From Saprospiraceae bacterium (lineage in GTDB: Bacteria > Bacteroidota > Bacteroidia > Chitinophagales > Saprospiraceae): DNA of 64,000 nt. The translations under genes were made by a program, and so were the position numbers. Location of the stretch: NCBI GenBank assembly GCA_015490715.1, contig WFXH01000106.1, positions 2,177 to 66,176 on the forward strand. The letters are read 5' to 3'. The notes beneath the pieces were generated by a model. That model had not been told where the DNA came from. It saw only the letters and a program-made list of their open reading frames with translations, and ran no database searches. The first letter of the stretch is position 1; the number at the start of each line of letters is the position of its first letter. Below are positions 18,433 through 28,948 of this stretch, one piece after another.

Positions 18433-20244
18433 TTATTTGAGCTCCTGAAGTTGGACGAGTTTGCGGTAGAGGCCGTCCTTTTGTTGAAGGAGTTGGTCGT
18501 GGGTGCCGCTTTCGACGATTTTTCCCTTGTCGAGGACGACGATGGTGTCTGCGTCGCGGATGCTGGCCAGTCGGTGTGCAATGATGATCGAGGTGCGCTG
18601 ATGCATGATATTTTGCAGCGCCTGGCGGACGATTTGTTCGGATTCTGCATCGAGCGACGAAGTGGCTTCGTCGAGGATGAGTAGTTCGGGATTTTTGAGT
18701 ATGGCACGTGCGATAGTGATGCGTTGGCGTTGACCGCCGGAGAGTTTTGTGCCGCGATCACCGACAACGGTTTCATACCCCTTGTCAAGTTGGCTTATGA
18801 AATCGTGGGCGTGTGCAGCTTTGGCTGCAGCCATCACTTCGTGCATGTCTGTCGGACGGCCAAAGGCGATGTTGGCATAGACGGTATCGTTGAGTAGGAT
18901 GGGCTCTTGACTCACCAGGCCGATGAGTTTGCGGAGATCGCTTCGTCGGATCTGGCGCAAATCGGTGTCGTCGATGTAAATAGCGCCCTGGGTGGGATAG
19001 TAAAACTTGAGGAGGAGGTTGATGAGTGTCGTCTTGCCGGAGCCCGAGCTACCCACAATGGCAATTCGCTGACCTTTTTGGATGGTGAGGTCGATCTGAT
19101 GAAGGGCCTCGGCATCGGTATCGGGATATTGAAAACGCACTCCTTTGAAGGAGATAGTGCGGTGAAAGCCGCGAAAGGGCACCGTGTCGGTATCGTCGCG
19201 CTCTTCGGGGAGTCGATAGATTTCTTCGATACGTCGGTAGGCTGCGATGCCCTTTTGCAGAGAGTAATAGGCTGTGGCGAAAGACTTGGAAGGGCTGATG
19301 ACGTTGTAGAAAGCAAACAAAAAGGCGAAAAAGGCGCCGGGCGACATCTGCCCGTTGAAAACCAACTGGGAACCGTAGGCAATGAGCAAGGCCACCACTA
19401 CGATTCCCGAAAATTCCGACAGGGGCGAGGAGAGGTCTTTTTTCCGGAGCACGGACTTGAGACGTTGGCGATAGAGGGTGTTCCATCGGTCAAAGATGCG
19501 TTTGAGATAGTTCTCGGCGCCAAAGGCGCGGACTACCTGAATGCCCGTGATAGTCTCGTCGGTGATGGCGCTTATCTGGCCGAGCGCCTCCTGGATGTCG
19601 CGGGATTGGCGCTTCAATTTGGCCGAGATTCGGTTCATGATCAGGGAGATGAGCATGATCAACACGAGCACAAACAAGCTCAGCTGCCAGCTGAGCAGAA
19701 ACATGAACAAGAGGCTGCCGAGAAGGACCAGGGGTTCGCGAAAGAGAATTTCGATCACGTTGATGATGCTCCACTCCACCTCGTGGACATCGCTGGTGAT
19801 GCGCGATATAAAATCGCCCTTTTTTCGGTCGGCGAATTGGTAGAGGGGAAGGAGGAGCAATTTGTCGTACAGTCTGCGTCGTAGATCGTACAAGATACCG
19901 CTGCGCACAGGAGCCATGAGATAGAGCGATAAGTAGCGGAAGAAATTTTTGAGGAAAAAACTAAGTACGATGAAGAGGACGATCCACCAGATGGCTACAG
20001 AGGGCGGGTACTGCTGTAAGAATCGGTCGAGCTGATAGAGCAGGTGTTGGAGTGCATTAGAAAACTGCAGGGGTTCGGTGGGCGGGGAGACAGCTTCCTT
20101 ACGCGTTTGAAACAGCCCTTCCATCAGTGGGATGAAGAGGGGGATGTTGATGACCATGAAGAAGGCCATCAGAACATTGGCGAGGATGGCGAGCAATACC
20201 TTTTTGGCATAAGGGCGAAGCAGTGTGATGAGCGTGCGCCACAT
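18433..20244 (-). CDS. ABC transporter, fused permease/ATP-binding (MsbA-like exporter)
   Basis: Six N-terminal TM helices, Walker A 'GSSGSGKTT', signature 'LSGGQRQR', Walker B 'LILDEATS'. Confidence 0.88.
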   Translation of the reverse strand: MWRTLITLLRPYAKKVLLAILANVLMAFFMVINIPLFIPLMEGLFQTRKEAVSPPTEPLQFSNALQHLLYQLDRFLQQYPPSVAIWWIVLFIVLSFFLKNFFRYLSLYLMAPVRSGILYDLRRRLYDKLLLLPLYQFADRKKGDFISRITSDVHEVEWSIINVIEILFREPLVLLGSLLFMFLLSWQLSLFVLVLIMLISLIMNRISAKLKRQSRDIQEALGQISAITDETITGIQVVRAFGAENYLKRIFDRWNTLYRQRLKSVLRKKDLSSPLSEFSGIVVVALLIAYGSQLVFNGQMSPGAFFAFLFAFYNVISPSKSFATAYYSLQKGIAAYRRIEEIYRLPEERDDTDTVPFRGFHRTISFKGVRFQYPDTDAEALHQIDLTIQKGQRIAIVGSSGSGKTTLINLLLKFYYPTQGAIYIDDTDLRQIRRSDLRKLIGLVSQEPILLNDTVYANIAFGRPTDMHEVMAAAKAAHAHDFISQLDKGYETVVGDRGTKLSGGQRQRITIARAILKNPELLILDEATSSLDAESEQIVRQALQNIMHQRTSIIIAHRLASIRDADTIVVLDKGKIVESGTHDQLLQQKDGLYRKLVQLQELK

Positions 20245-20258
20245 CCCGGATATGCGGT

Positions 20259-21626
20259 TTACTCTCCTTCAGCGAGGGATTTGAGGTCGAAGTTGTCGAT
20301 GAAGCTCGTATCGTATTGGCCTTTGATGAAATTGGGATCTTGGAGGAGTTTTTTGTGAAAGGGGATGGTGGTCTTGACGCCTTCGACGATAAATTCGTCG
20401 AGGGCGCGTAGCATTTTGCGGATGCATGCTTCGCGGGATTCGGCCTTAGCGATGAGTTTGGCGATGAGGGAGTCGTAATAGGGGGGTATGACGTAGCCGG
20501 CGTAAGCGTGGGTGTCTACGCGAATACCGTGTCCTTTAGGGCTGTGGAAGGCTTCGATTTTGCCGGGGCTTGGTCGGAAGTCGTTAGCGGGATCTTCGGC
20601 GTTGATGCGGCATTCGATGACGTGCATTTTGGGCGGTGGAAGTCGGTCTTTGCCTTTGATTTGTTGGCCGGCGGCGATGAGGATTTGTTCTTTGATGAGG
20701 TCGAGGTTGAGGAGTTCTTCGGTGACGGGGTGTTCGACTTGGATACGGGTGTTCATTTCCATGAAATAGAAGTTGCCATCTTTGTCGAGGAGGAATTCGA
20801 CGGTTCCGAGGCTTTCGTAACCGATGGCTTTGCCTGCTTTGACAGCGGCTTCGCCCATTTGTTTGCGTAGTTTTTTGGTCAATATGGGAGAGGGGGATTC
20901 TTCGAGGAGTTTTTGGTGGCGTCGTTGGATGGTACAATCGCGTTCGCTGAGGTGGATGACATTGCCGTATTGGTCGCCGGCGATTTGTATTTCGACGTGT
21001 CGCGGTTGTTCGATGTATTTTTCGATGTAGAGGCCGCTATTTCCGAAGGCGGCTTGCGCTTCTTGCTGGGCGATATTCCACTGGTCTTCGAGTTGGTCGG
21101 CGGAATGGACGATGCGCATGCCTTTTCCGCCGCCTCCGGCGGTTGCTTTGAGGATGATGGGATAGCCGATTTCTTCGGCGATGCTTTTGGCTTGTTTGAG
21201 GCTTTTGACCACGCCTTTAGAGCCGGGAATGACGGGCACGCCGGCTTTTTGCATAGTTTCTTTGGCGGTGGCCTTATCTCCCATCTTTTGGATCATCTCT
21301 GGAGTGGGGCCGATGAATTTTATGCCGTAATCGCGGCAGATTTCAGCAAATTCGGCGTTTTCGGCGAGAAATCCGTATCCCGGATGTAGTGCATCGGCAT
21401 TGGTGATTTCGACGGCCGTCATGATTTTGGGCATGTTGAGATAGGATTCGGTGGCTGGAGGTGGGCCGATGCAGATGGCTTCGTCGGCGAAGCGCACGTG
21501 GAGGCTATCGCGGTCGGCTGTAGAATAGATGGCCACCGTGTTGATGCCCATTTCCCTGCAGGTTCGTATAATCCGCAGAGCTATTTCCCCGCGGTTGGCT
21601 ATGAGTATTTTTTTAAACATGTACAC
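20259..21626 (-). CDS. accC: Acetyl-CoA carboxylase, biotin carboxylase subunit
   Basis: '[23 protein letters not shown]', '[10 protein letters not shown]', 'GGGGKGMR', '[14 protein letters not shown]'. Confidence 0.96.
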   Translation of the reverse strand: MYMFKKILIANRGEIALRIIRTCREMGINTVAIYSTADRDSLHVRFADEAICIGPPPATESYLNMPKIMTAVEITNADALHPGYGFLAENAEFAEICRDYGIKFIGPTPEMIQKMGDKATAKETMQKAGVPVIPGSKGVVKSLKQAKSIAEEIGYPIILKATAGGGGKGMRIVHSADQLEDQWNIAQQEAQAAFGNSGLYIEKYIEQPRHVEIQIAGDQYGNVIHLSERDCTIQRRHQKLLEESPSPILTKKLRKQMGEAAVKAGKAIGYESLGTVEFLLDKDGNFYFMEMNTRIQVEHPVTEELLNLDLIKEQILIAAGQQIKGKDRLPPPKMHVIECRINAEDPANDFRPSPGKIEAFHSPKGHGIRVDTHAYAGYVIPPYYDSLIAKLIAKAESREACIRKMLRALDEFIVEGVKTTIPFHKKLLQDPNFIKGQYDTSFIDNFDLKSLAEGE

Positions 21627-21644
21627 GGCTTTTTAATAGGCCGA

Positions 21645-22136
21645 TCAATCCGGCTCTACCAAAAACAACACCTGGTCGTATTCGACGGGTGTAGCATCTT
21701 CGACGAGCACCTTGACGATGGTGCCGCTGACTTCCGACTCAATTTCGTTGAAGAGTTTCATCGCCTCAATGATGCACACCACATCTCCTTTTTGGATTTT
21801 GTCGCCCACCTTGACGTAGGGCGGTTTGTCGGGTGCGGGGGCGCGGTAGAAGGTGCCCACCATGGGGGATCGTATTTCGAGGTATTCTTTTTTGTCGGCC
21901 TTGTCGCCCTCGCCTTTTTGCTCTTTTGGTGGCGGGGTTTCTGCTGGACTTTCAGCAGGTGTAGGCATAGTGGTGGGGGGCATGGCCGGGACGATGGTGG
22001 TTTGTGCTTTGCCCTTTTCTTTGGAGTAGTGTTTAGTCCGAACGAGGATTTCGAAGTCTCCCTTTTTATAGCGGAATTCCTTGAGTTCGCTTTTGTTGAG
22101 GAATTTGAGTAGTGCGAGGATGTCTTGCAAATCCAT
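21645..22136 (-). CDS. accB: Acetyl-CoA carboxylase biotin carboxyl carrier protein
   Basis: Biotinylation motif '[13 protein letters not shown]', Pro/Ala/Thr-rich linker, directly upstream of accC. Confidence 0.93.
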   Translation of the reverse strand: MDLQDILALLKFLNKSELKEFRYKKGDFEILVRTKHYSKEKGKAQTTIVPAMPPTTMPTPAESPAETPPPKEQKGEGDKADKKEYLEIRSPMVGTFYRAPAPDKPPYVKVGDKIQKGDVVCIIEAMKLFNEIESEVSGTIVKVLVEDATPVEYDQVLFLVEPD

Positions 22137-22276
22137 GGTACGACGATTGTTTTTGAGGCTTCAAAGATAACAACACTGCAATGAACATGCCGACTGATAC
22201 GCTGTTGGGCCTACGGGGCTCGTAGGCTGGTTTTGCTTTGTGGCGATCGACTTTTTGGGAGATGCTGATGTAGCAC

Positions 22277-22843
22277 TCAGGATTTGACGCGCTCGTAGTA
22301 TTCTCCCGTCTGGGTATTGATTTTGACGTAATCTCCTTCGTTGATGAAGAGGGGCACTTTGATGGTAGCACCTGTTTCGAGGGTGGCGGGTTTCATTGCG
22401 TTGGTGACGGTATTGCCCTTATCCCCTGGCACGGTTGATTGGACTTGTAGGATGACGTATTGGGGCAGCTCGGCCATCAGAGGACGCTCGTTTTTGGCAT
22501 CGAAGAGTACATCGATGATTTCGCCTTCTTTGAGAAATTGGGGGCTGGAGATGAAATCTTCGGGCAGCGAAATTTGCTCGTAGGTTTCGTTGTCCATGAA
22601 GTGATAGCCGCTATCGTCGTTGTACAAAAATTGATACTTGCGTCGCTCGACGCGTACGGGGTTGATTTTGTGGCCAGCGGGAAAGGTATGGTCGATGATT
22701 TTTCCGCTGGTGAGGCTTTTGAGTTTGGTTCGGACAAAGGCATTGCCTTTGCCGGGCTTGACGTGTAGGAATTCGAGTATGGTGTAGATGTCGTTATTGA
22801 ATTCGATGCAGAGGCCTCGTCGGATGTCGGAAGTTGTAGCCAT
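22277..22843 (-). CDS. efp: Elongation factor P
   Basis: 'DIRRGLCIEFNNDIYTILEFLHVKPGKGNAFVRTKLKSL', 188 aa. Confidence 0.95.
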   Translation of the reverse strand: MATTSDIRRGLCIEFNNDIYTILEFLHVKPGKGNAFVRTKLKSLTSGKIIDHTFPAGHKINPVRVERRKYQFLYNDDSGYHFMDNETYEQISLPEDFISSPQFLKEGEIIDVLFDAKNERPLMAELPQYVILQVQSTVPGDKGNTVTNAMKPATLETGATIKVPLFINEGDYVKINTQTGEYYERVKS

Positions 22844-22886
22844 GGTGAAATTTTGCGCAAAAATAGGATTTTTCTTCGTGAAGCGC

Positions 22887-24818
22887 TTATTGTTGCAGTT
22901 GGGCGCGGAAGAGGTCGATAAATTGTTTGAGAGGCATAAAACCTTTGTCGCCCTGTCCTTGGATGCGTACGGAGACTCCTCCTTGGTCTTCTTCTCTTTG
23001 GCCGCAGATGAGGATAAAGGGAATTTTTTTCAGTTCGCTTTCGCGTATTTTTTTGCCCATGGATTCGCTGCGCTCGTCGACGTAAGCGCGTATGCCCTGT
23101 GCTTGAAGCTCGTGGAGTACGCTTTTGCAGTAGGGAATAAAGGGGTCACTGACGGGGATGAGGACGACCTGGTCGGGGGCGAGCCATAGAGGCAGCTTGC
23201 CGGCGGTGTGTTCGAGCAGGATGCTGATAAAGCGTTCGAGAGAGCCAAAAGGGGCCCGGTGGATCATGACGGGGCGGTGTGGTTGGTTGTCGGCACCGAT
23301 GTATTCGAGGTTGAAGCGCTCGGGGAGGTTGTAATCCACTTGGATGGTGCCGAGTTGCCACTGTCTGCCGAGGGCATCGCGGACCATGAAGTCGAGTTTG
23401 GGGCCGTAGAAGGCGGCTTCACCGGGCATGTGCACGGCTTCGATATCGAATTGTCGCACGGCCTCGATGATGGCCTGCTCGGCCTTTTGCCAGTTGTCTT
23501 CGGAGCCAATGTACTTTTGAGGATTGTCTGGGTCGCGCAGGGAGATTTGTACGGTGTAGTTTTTAAATCCCATTTTGTCGAGTACGTGGGTGGTGAGTTC
23601 GAGTACGTTGAGGAATTCGCTTTGGAGCTGTTCGGGGGTACAAAAGATATGGGCATCGTCTTGGGTAAAGCATCGCACGCGCGTCAGACCGTGTAGCTCA
23701 CCACTTTGTTCGTAGCGGTAGACGGTGCCGAATTCGGCTATGCGAAGGGGGAGTTCACGATAGGAACGCGGTTTGGAGGCATAGATTTCGCAGTGGTGGG
23801 GGCAGTTCATGGGCTTGAGGAGGTATTCTTCGCCTTCGTCGGGAGTTTTGATGGGGCGGAAGCTGTCTTTACCGTATTTATCCCAATGACCGGAGGTCTG
23901 GTAGAGCTCTTTTTTGCCGATGTGGGGTGTGACGACGAGCTGGTAGCCGCGTTTTTGTTGTTCGCGGTGGAGGAAGTCCATGAGTTGCTGGCGGACGACG
24001 GTGCCGCGCGGCAGCCAGATGGGTAGTCCTGCCCCGACGCGTTGGGAAAAGGTAAAGAGTTCGAGTTCTTTGCCGAGCTTGCGGTGATCGCGCTTTTTGG
24101 CCTCTTCGATGCGGTGAAGGTATTCTTGGAGGAGCTTTTGTTTGGGGAAGCTGATGCCGTAGACGCGTGTCAATTGCGGGCGGTTTTCGTCGCCTCTCCA
24201 ATAGGCGCCGGCCACTTTAGTGAGTTTGACGGCTTTAATCAAACCGGTATGCGGGATGTGTGGGCCTTTGCAGAGGTCGGTAAAATTGCCCTGTGTGTAG
24301 AAGCTAATTTCGCCGTCCTGGAGTTCTTCGAGGAGTTCGAGTTTGTAGGGGTCGCCTTTTTGCTTGAAATAGGCGATGGCTTCCTCTTTGGGCACTTCTC
24401 TGCGCAGGTAAGGCACTTTGCGGCGGGCGAGTTCGAGCATTTTCTGCTCGATCTTTTCGAGATCGTGCGCCGAGAGTGTGCGATCGCCTAAGTCGACGTC
24501 GTAGTAAAATCCCTCCTCGATCGGAGGGCCGATGCCAAATTTGACGCCTGGATAGAGTGCTTCCAGAGCTTCGGCGAGCAAGTGCGCCGAAGAGTGCCAA
24601 AAGGCATATTTGCCGCCGGAGTCCTCCCAGGTGAGGAGTTTGATACGGGCATCTTCCTGGATGGGACGCGTGGCATCGATGATTTGGCCGTTGACCTCGG
24701 CGGCGAGCACTTTTTTAGCGAGCGCGGGGCTGATGGATTCAGCGATTTCTAAGGCCGTGACGCCCGCGGGAAATTGTTGGGTACGTCCGTCGGGAAATTG
24801 TATGGTGATTTTTTCCAT
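22887..24818 (-). CDS. thrS: Threonine--tRNA ligase
   Basis: 643 aa. TGS N-terminus, '[10 protein letters not shown]', '[13 protein letters not shown]', 'MNCPHH', '[14 protein letters not shown]', '[16 protein letters not shown]'. Confidence 0.96.
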   Translation of the reverse strand: MEKITIQFPDGRTQQFPAGVTALEIAESISPALAKKVLAAEVNGQIIDATRPIQEDARIKLLTWEDSGGKYAFWHSSAHLLAEALEALYPGVKFGIGPPIEEGFYYDVDLGDRTLSAHDLEKIEQKMLELARRKVPYLRREVPKEEAIAYFKQKGDPYKLELLEELQDGEISFYTQGNFTDLCKGPHIPHTGLIKAVKLTKVAGAYWRGDENRPQLTRVYGISFPKQKLLQEYLHRIEEAKKRDHRKLGKELELFTFSQRVGAGLPIWLPRGTVVRQQLMDFLHREQQKRGYQLVVTPHIGKKELYQTSGHWDKYGKDSFRPIKTPDEGEEYLLKPMNCPHHCEIYASKPRSYRELPLRIAEFGTVYRYEQSGELHGLTRVRCFTQDDAHIFCTPEQLQSEFLNVLELTTHVLDKMGFKNYTVQISLRDPDNPQKYIGSEDNWQKAEQAIIEAVRQFDIEAVHMPGEAAFYGPKLDFMVRDALGRQWQLGTIQVDYNLPERFNLEYIGADNQPHRPVMIHRAPFGSLERFISILLEHTAGKLPLWLAPDQVVLIPVSDPFIPYCKSVLHELQAQGIRAYVDERSESMGKKIRESELKKIPFILICGQREEDQGGVSVRIQGQGDKGFMPLKQFIDLFRAQLQQ

Positions 24819-24902
24819 TTCGGCAAGTTCGATAGCGGTACAAAGGTAACCATTTCATACATCGGAGAAAAGCCGCCGCGTGTTCGTTGTGGGCGGGATA
24901 TT

Positions 24903-25991
24903 TTATTGGGGTAAGAACTCAGGGTTGTTTAAAAAGGAGGTGTCGGTGAGTGTTTTGAGGAAGGCGAGCAGGGCCTTTTTTTCGTAGGGTGTGAAGTGTT
25001 TTCCCCCTTGAGGAAGGGCTTTCATCAGGGGATCCGCGAAGGGCGAATATTGGAGGCCTTCGCTGTAGAAGTCGATGACTTCCTCGAGTGTGGCAAAGCG
25101 CCCGTCGTGCATATAGGGGGCGGAGCGTTCGATATTGCGCAGGGTGGGCGTTTTAAACTTGCCGCGATCGCTGCGTTTGCCCGTAATTTTTTCCAATCCG
25201 AGGTCGGAGGGTACACTGTCGAGGGCGTTGTTGTGGAAGGCATTGTCGGTAAAGAGCAGACCACTGTGGCAATGGAAGCAGTCGCCCCTTTCGCTGTAGA
25301 AAAGGTCGTAACCGTCCTGTTCAAGGGGTGTGAAAAACACCTTGCCCTGTAGGGCGAGGTCGAAGCGGGAGTTGCCCGAGATGAGGGTGCGTTCGAATTG
25401 GGCAATGGCTTTGACCACGTGGTAGCGCGTGATTTCGGTTGTGCCAAAGGCGCTGTAGAAGAGTTTGGGATAGACGGGATGGCGCTGGAGACGTCGGACA
25501 ACTTCCTCCCAGGTGGCGGCCATTTCGTCGGGATTTTCGACGGGGTGTAGTGCTTGTTCTTCGAGACTGGACACACGTCCATCCCAGAAGAGCTTTTTCA
25601 TCCAGCCCGCATTGATAATGGGGGGAGCTTGTCTTGTACCGATAGCGCCAGTAATGCCGAGGGAGAAGCGCCTGTCGTCGGAAAAGGAGTGTTCAGGCTT
25701 ATGGCAGTCTGCGCAGCTCTGAGTGCTATCGCCCGATAGAATGGGGTCAAAAAACAGCTTCTTGCCGAGTGCGATGCCCTCTTTGGTGAGGGGATTGTCG
25801 TCGGGGATTTCCATGATGGGAAAGCCTTCGGGTATTTGAAGCGATACGTAGGTGGGTTTGTAGGGCGGAAGGGTGTCGTTTTGGTCGGGAGTGACCTTTT
25901 CTTTTTTGTTGCAAGCGCTAAAGAACACAGGGGTGATTATGAGGGATAGAGCAATTAGCCCGAAGATACTTGCTTCGAAGAAGCGCTTCAT
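24903..25991 (-). CDS. Di-heme cytochrome c peroxidase family lipoprotein (MbnH/MauG-like)
   Basis: Lipobox 'VFFSAC'. Two heme motifs, 'CADCH' and 'CFHCH', plus 'TPTLRNIERSAPYMHDG'. Begins 14 nt downstream of the MbnP-like gene. Confidence 0.8.
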   Translation of the reverse strand: MKRFFEASIFGLIALSLIITPVFFSACNKKEKVTPDQNDTLPPYKPTYVSLQIPEGFPIMEIPDDNPLTKEGIALGKKLFFDPILSGDSTQSCADCHKPEHSFSDDRRFSLGITGAIGTRQAPPIINAGWMKKLFWDGRVSSLEEQALHPVENPDEMAATWEEVVRRLQRHPVYPKLFYSAFGTTEITRYHVVKAIAQFERTLISGNSRFDLALQGKVFFTPLEQDGYDLFYSERGDCFHCHSGLLFTDNAFHNNALDSVPSDLGLEKITGKRSDRGKFKTPTLRNIERSAPYMHDGRFATLEEVIDFYSEGLQYSPFADPLMKALPQGGKHFTPYEKKALLAFLKTLTDTSFLNNPEFLPQ

Positions 25992-26005
25992 TGCCGCGTG
26001 TTTTG

Positions 26006-26800
26006 CTATTTGTCTGTAAGATTGGCAAGCCGAAAGACGGTAGAACCGTTGTCGCGCAAGACTTCCTGGGCTGCTTGATTGGGCATAATAGCGGGTCCGT
26101 AGTACTCAAAGTCGAATACATGGGGGTTTTGAATCCACTCCTGTAGGTCCATGATGATGTCGACATTCCAATCGTTGCCCTTGATGTGCATTTTATGAGG
26201 GAAGGGCAGAGTGACGACAAAGGAGTTGTCGTTGCCCCAAGTGGGCCCAGCGTGGAGGTTGAAGGGTTTGGGGAGCGCGTTGTCGTCGGTCTTATACATA
26301 CCTTCGTACTGCATGTAATGGAAGCCGGGATCTTTGAGTGGGTCGGTGGTATCGCCGAGTTGTTTGGGCCAGTACATACTCTGGTAGGCCACGGTGTTGG
26401 GCAGGAAGGACTTGTGATTGTTTTCTGCTGAGAGTCCAAAGCGAAAGGATATGCTGTCGTACCTGCCTTCGGGTACGAGGTTGAGCTGGAGGGCTAAGGA
26501 TGTGGTATCGTGGATGTCGATGAGATGGCCGGAGTTGTACAGGAGAGACTCTCCGTTTTTGTACAAGACGAATTCGGATAGGATGTATCGCAAGTTGGAA
26601 ACGCTGTAGCGATAACCCGTAGGAGCGCGGTAGATGAGGGTGTCTGTGCGGAGGGGCTGGTCATCGACCGTGTGTTTGAAGTGGAGAGTAAGCGTACCGG
26701 GCTGGGCGGGTTTGTTGCAAAATTGAGCAAGGACTCCTACCGCAAGGAGAAGCCCTATAGAGCACCACTTTCCCCAACGCATCGTGGAAGGCGTTTGCAT
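26006..26800 (-). CDS. MbnP-family-like periplasmic protein
   Basis: Signal/lipobox 'VGVLAQFC'. 'LTLHFKHTVDDQPL...YSVSNLRYILSEFVLYKNGE' resembles the MbnP family, which is normally encoded immediately upstream of the di-heme MbnH partner. Confidence 0.5.
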   Translation of the reverse strand: MQTPSTMRWGKWCSIGLLLAVGVLAQFCNKPAQPGTLTLHFKHTVDDQPLRTDTLIYRAPTGYRYSVSNLRYILSEFVLYKNGESLLYNSGHLIDIHDTTSLALQLNLVPEGRYDSISFRFGLSAENNHKSFLPNTVAYQSMYWPKQLGDTTDPLKDPGFHYMQYEGMYKTDDNALPKPFNLHAGPTWGNDNSFVVTLPFPHKMHIKGNDWNVDIIMDLQEWIQNPHVFDFEYYGPAIMPNQAAQEVLRDNGSTVFRLANLTDK

Positions 26801-26877
26801 AATGGACTTTTTCTAAAAACGCCGTGCGGTGAGTCAATATTTTTGCGTTTGCAGCTCGAAAAGTTGATTAACTCATT

Positions 26878-27921
26878 TTAATCTCTGTAGAGTTCGATGA
26901 GTTTTCGAATGTTTTCATCTCTTTGGAGCTTAGGGTGTAAAAGGAGAAATTTATCACCCAGCTCTGGCTCTGTTTGGATGAGATCGCACAGGGTAAGCCA
27001 CCCTTTTTGATAGGTATCTTTTTGGAGCAAGTCAAGGGCTGCGGAGCGCATGGTGAGTTCGACGCCGACTGTGTGTTGTTCGGCAGTATGTAGGGTTTGT
27101 TTTGCGCGATCGAAGAAGTTGTGACGCAGGTAGAAGTCGATGAGTTCAGCCCAATATTGCGGCTCATCTGGTATATTGGATGTAGCCTGGAGGTAGTACT
27201 TTTCGGCGATTTTGTAGGCTTTGAGTTTTTCGTACGCTTTGGCCAGTCCGAGCAAGTAGGTTTCGTCGATCCAGTTGGAGGCGAGTGCTTTTTTGAAATA
27301 GTGGATGGCCTTTTTATACTGTCCTTTGAGGAAATGCACTTTACCTGCAAAGAAGAGGATTTTGTCGTATTCGGGATCGAAGCGGAGGTATTTGTCGATC
27401 CACTGCTGCGCCTCGGATAGTCGATGGAGTCGAATTAAGATATCGACGAAATTGGCAAACGCCTCCTCTTCCCATTCAAAGGTATGGAAGATGTATCGAT
27501 ATACTTCGGCTGCTCTTTTGAGGTGGCCTTGTTGGTAGAGCAATTCGGCATAGTCGAAGTAGGCATCTTCATAATAGGGGTTGATGAGGGTGGCGAATTC
27601 CAGTGCTTGGAGCGCATCGTCGTATTGTGCCAAGGAGGCATAGGCCTGTGCTAAGTTGTACCAGGCCAATTCGTTGTAAGGAGCTTTTTCAATGAGATAG
27701 AGATGGAGTTGTATGCTTTCTTCGTATCGTTTCGACAATTCTACATTGAGGCCGATCTTTTCAAGAGCTTCTTTGTCGTATGGATCTCGTTCAAGCATGC
27801 GCTTGAGGAGATGAAACATCAAGTCAAAATCCTTCATAGCTTTTATAGCAATTTTGGTTAGATGGATAGAGAAGCAATCGTTCATGGGAGGCAAGCCCTT
27901 GTAGCTCGCCGCAATCGGCAT
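26878..27921 (-). CDS. Tetratricopeptide repeat protein
   Basis: Repeated 34-aa TPR-like units ('AWYNLAQAYASLAQYDDALQALEFA', 'LGLAKAYEKLKAYKIAEKYY'). The exact start is uncertain. Confidence 0.7.
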   Translation of the reverse strand: MPIAASYKGLPPMNDCFSIHLTKIAIKAMKDFDLMFHLLKRMLERDPYDKEALEKIGLNVELSKRYEESIQLHLYLIEKAPYNELAWYNLAQAYASLAQYDDALQALEFATLINPYYEDAYFDYAELLYQQGHLKRAAEVYRYIFHTFEWEEEAFANFVDILIRLHRLSEAQQWIDKYLRFDPEYDKILFFAGKVHFLKGQYKKAIHYFKKALASNWIDETYLLGLAKAYEKLKAYKIAEKYYLQATSNIPDEPQYWAELIDFYLRHNFFDRAKQTLHTAEQHTVGVELTMRSAALDLLQKDTYQKGWLTLCDLIQTEPELGDKFLLLHPKLQRDENIRKLIELYRD

Positions 27922-28198
27922 AATGGGCTATACACTTTGCGGGTATTTGTTCGTCTCTTTATACCCTTCATTGTGCTGATGTACGCATACTTCCCAGCTG
28001 GTTGAATCGCATGGGTTCATCAGCACGTTTGCGCGTGTAAAGTTACGTACACTCTTTCAAATGTGGATGGGATTTGATGGATAAAATTTGATATATGAAG
28101 AACAGTTAATGCATTGTCTGTTGAGCAATAGCTCACTCCCATATATTTTTTCACAGAAAGCGTGATTGAAATTTTGAAAATAAAATGACGAAAAGCAC

Positions 28199-28230
28199 AA
28201 AAAAATAAAAAGGCCTCACGAGGAGGCCTC
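28199..28230 (-). terminator. Rho-independent terminator after tRNA-Gln
   Basis: Minus strand reads AGGCCTC-CTCGT-GAGGCCT followed by TTTTTATTTTTT. The hairpin begins 8 nt past the tRNA 3' end. Confidence 0.8.
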
Positions 28231-28236
28231 TCAGGA

Positions 28237-28309
28237 GGTAGACCCACCAGGATTCGAACCTGGACTGACGGAATCAAAATCCGGAGTGCTACCGTTACAC
28301 TATGGGTCT
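28237..28309 (-). tRNA. tRNA-Gln (anticodon UUG)
   Basis: Hand-folded cloverleaf: acceptor AGACCCA/TGGGTCT, D stem GTGT/GCAC, anticodon arm CCGGA-TTTTGAT-TCCGT (one mismatch), T arm CCAGG-TTCGAAT-CCTGG, discriminator A, and the encoded CC. Confidence 0.85.
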
Positions 28310-28408
28310 ACGCGAGTTTTTTGCGATGCAAAGTTACATCTTCCAACCATCACATACAAAGCACGCAGGGGGGTTTTGTTTTAAATTGTTGAATTATACA
28401 ACAAAAAT

Positions 28409-28948
28409 TCAGGAGATTTTTCGATAGATGGAGGGGAGATGGCGCCCTAATTCGTTGTAATCCAAGCCGTAACCGATGACGAAGTCCGGAGGTATTTCAA
28501 ATCCGACGTAGTCGATCGCTAAGGGTTTTTGCAGCATGGTGGGTTTGAGCAGGAGGGTGCAAATACGTATGGATTGGGGTTGGAGCCCCTGTAGGGCGGG
28601 CAGGAATGCGCTCATAGTCTTGCCGGAGTCGATGATGTCTTCGACGACGATGATGTCTTTGCCGCGCAGCATGGGGTCGAGGGGTCCGGAAAAGACGACT
28701 TCACCGGTAGAGGTAAAGCCTTTATAGGAGGAGAGTTTGATAAAGCTCACCGTGGAGGGGATGTTGGCTTCGCGAATCAAGTCGGCCATGAAGACGAAAG
28801 CTCCGTTGAGTATACCAAGGAAGACGGGCGTTTTGTCGCGATAGTCGTGTCGGATATAACGGCCGAGGGCAGCCACTCTTTGGCGGATCTCTTCAGCTGT
28901 GATGCACTCTTCGAAGAGGTAGTTGTGTATGCGGATGCGCTTATTCAT
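28409..28948 (-). CDS. hpt: Hypoxanthine phosphoribosyltransferase
   Basis: PRPP-binding 'KDIIVVEDIIDSGKT' and 'VGFEIPPDFVIGYGLDY'. Confidence 0.92.
   Translation of the reverse strand: MNKRIRIHNYLFEECITAEEIRQRVAALGRYIRHDYRDKTPVFLGILNGAFVFMADLIREANIPSTVSFIKLSSYKGFTSTGEVVFSGPLDPMLRGKDIIVVEDIIDSGKTMSAFLPALQGLQPQSIRICTLLLKPTMLQKPLAIDYVGFEIPPDFVIGYGLDYNELGRHLPSIYRKIS

Noticed and set aside
18907-19884. 325-aa ORF on the + strand opposite the ABC transporter
   Set aside because: It is fully embedded antisense to a gene with clear Walker and signature motifs. Its composition is Gly/Asp/Val/Ala-rich with no recognisable motif, which is a typical shadow ORF of the coding frame.
22209-22240. Hairpin gcctacg-gggct-cgtaggc followed by TTTTGCTTTG between efp and accB
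   Set aside because: The T-run lies on the + strand, while both flanking genes are on the minus strand. On the minus strand the hairpin has no U-tract, so I did not call it as a terminator.
28020-28277. 85-aa ORF on the minus strand
   Set aside because: It overlaps the tRNA-Gln gene and its terminator, and the rest lies in AT-rich non-coding sequence.
27922-28408. tRNA-adjacent genomic island or integration site
   Set aside because: There is no integrase, no direct repeat of the tRNA 3' end and no foreign-looking genes on either side. The flanks are hpt and a TPR gene.
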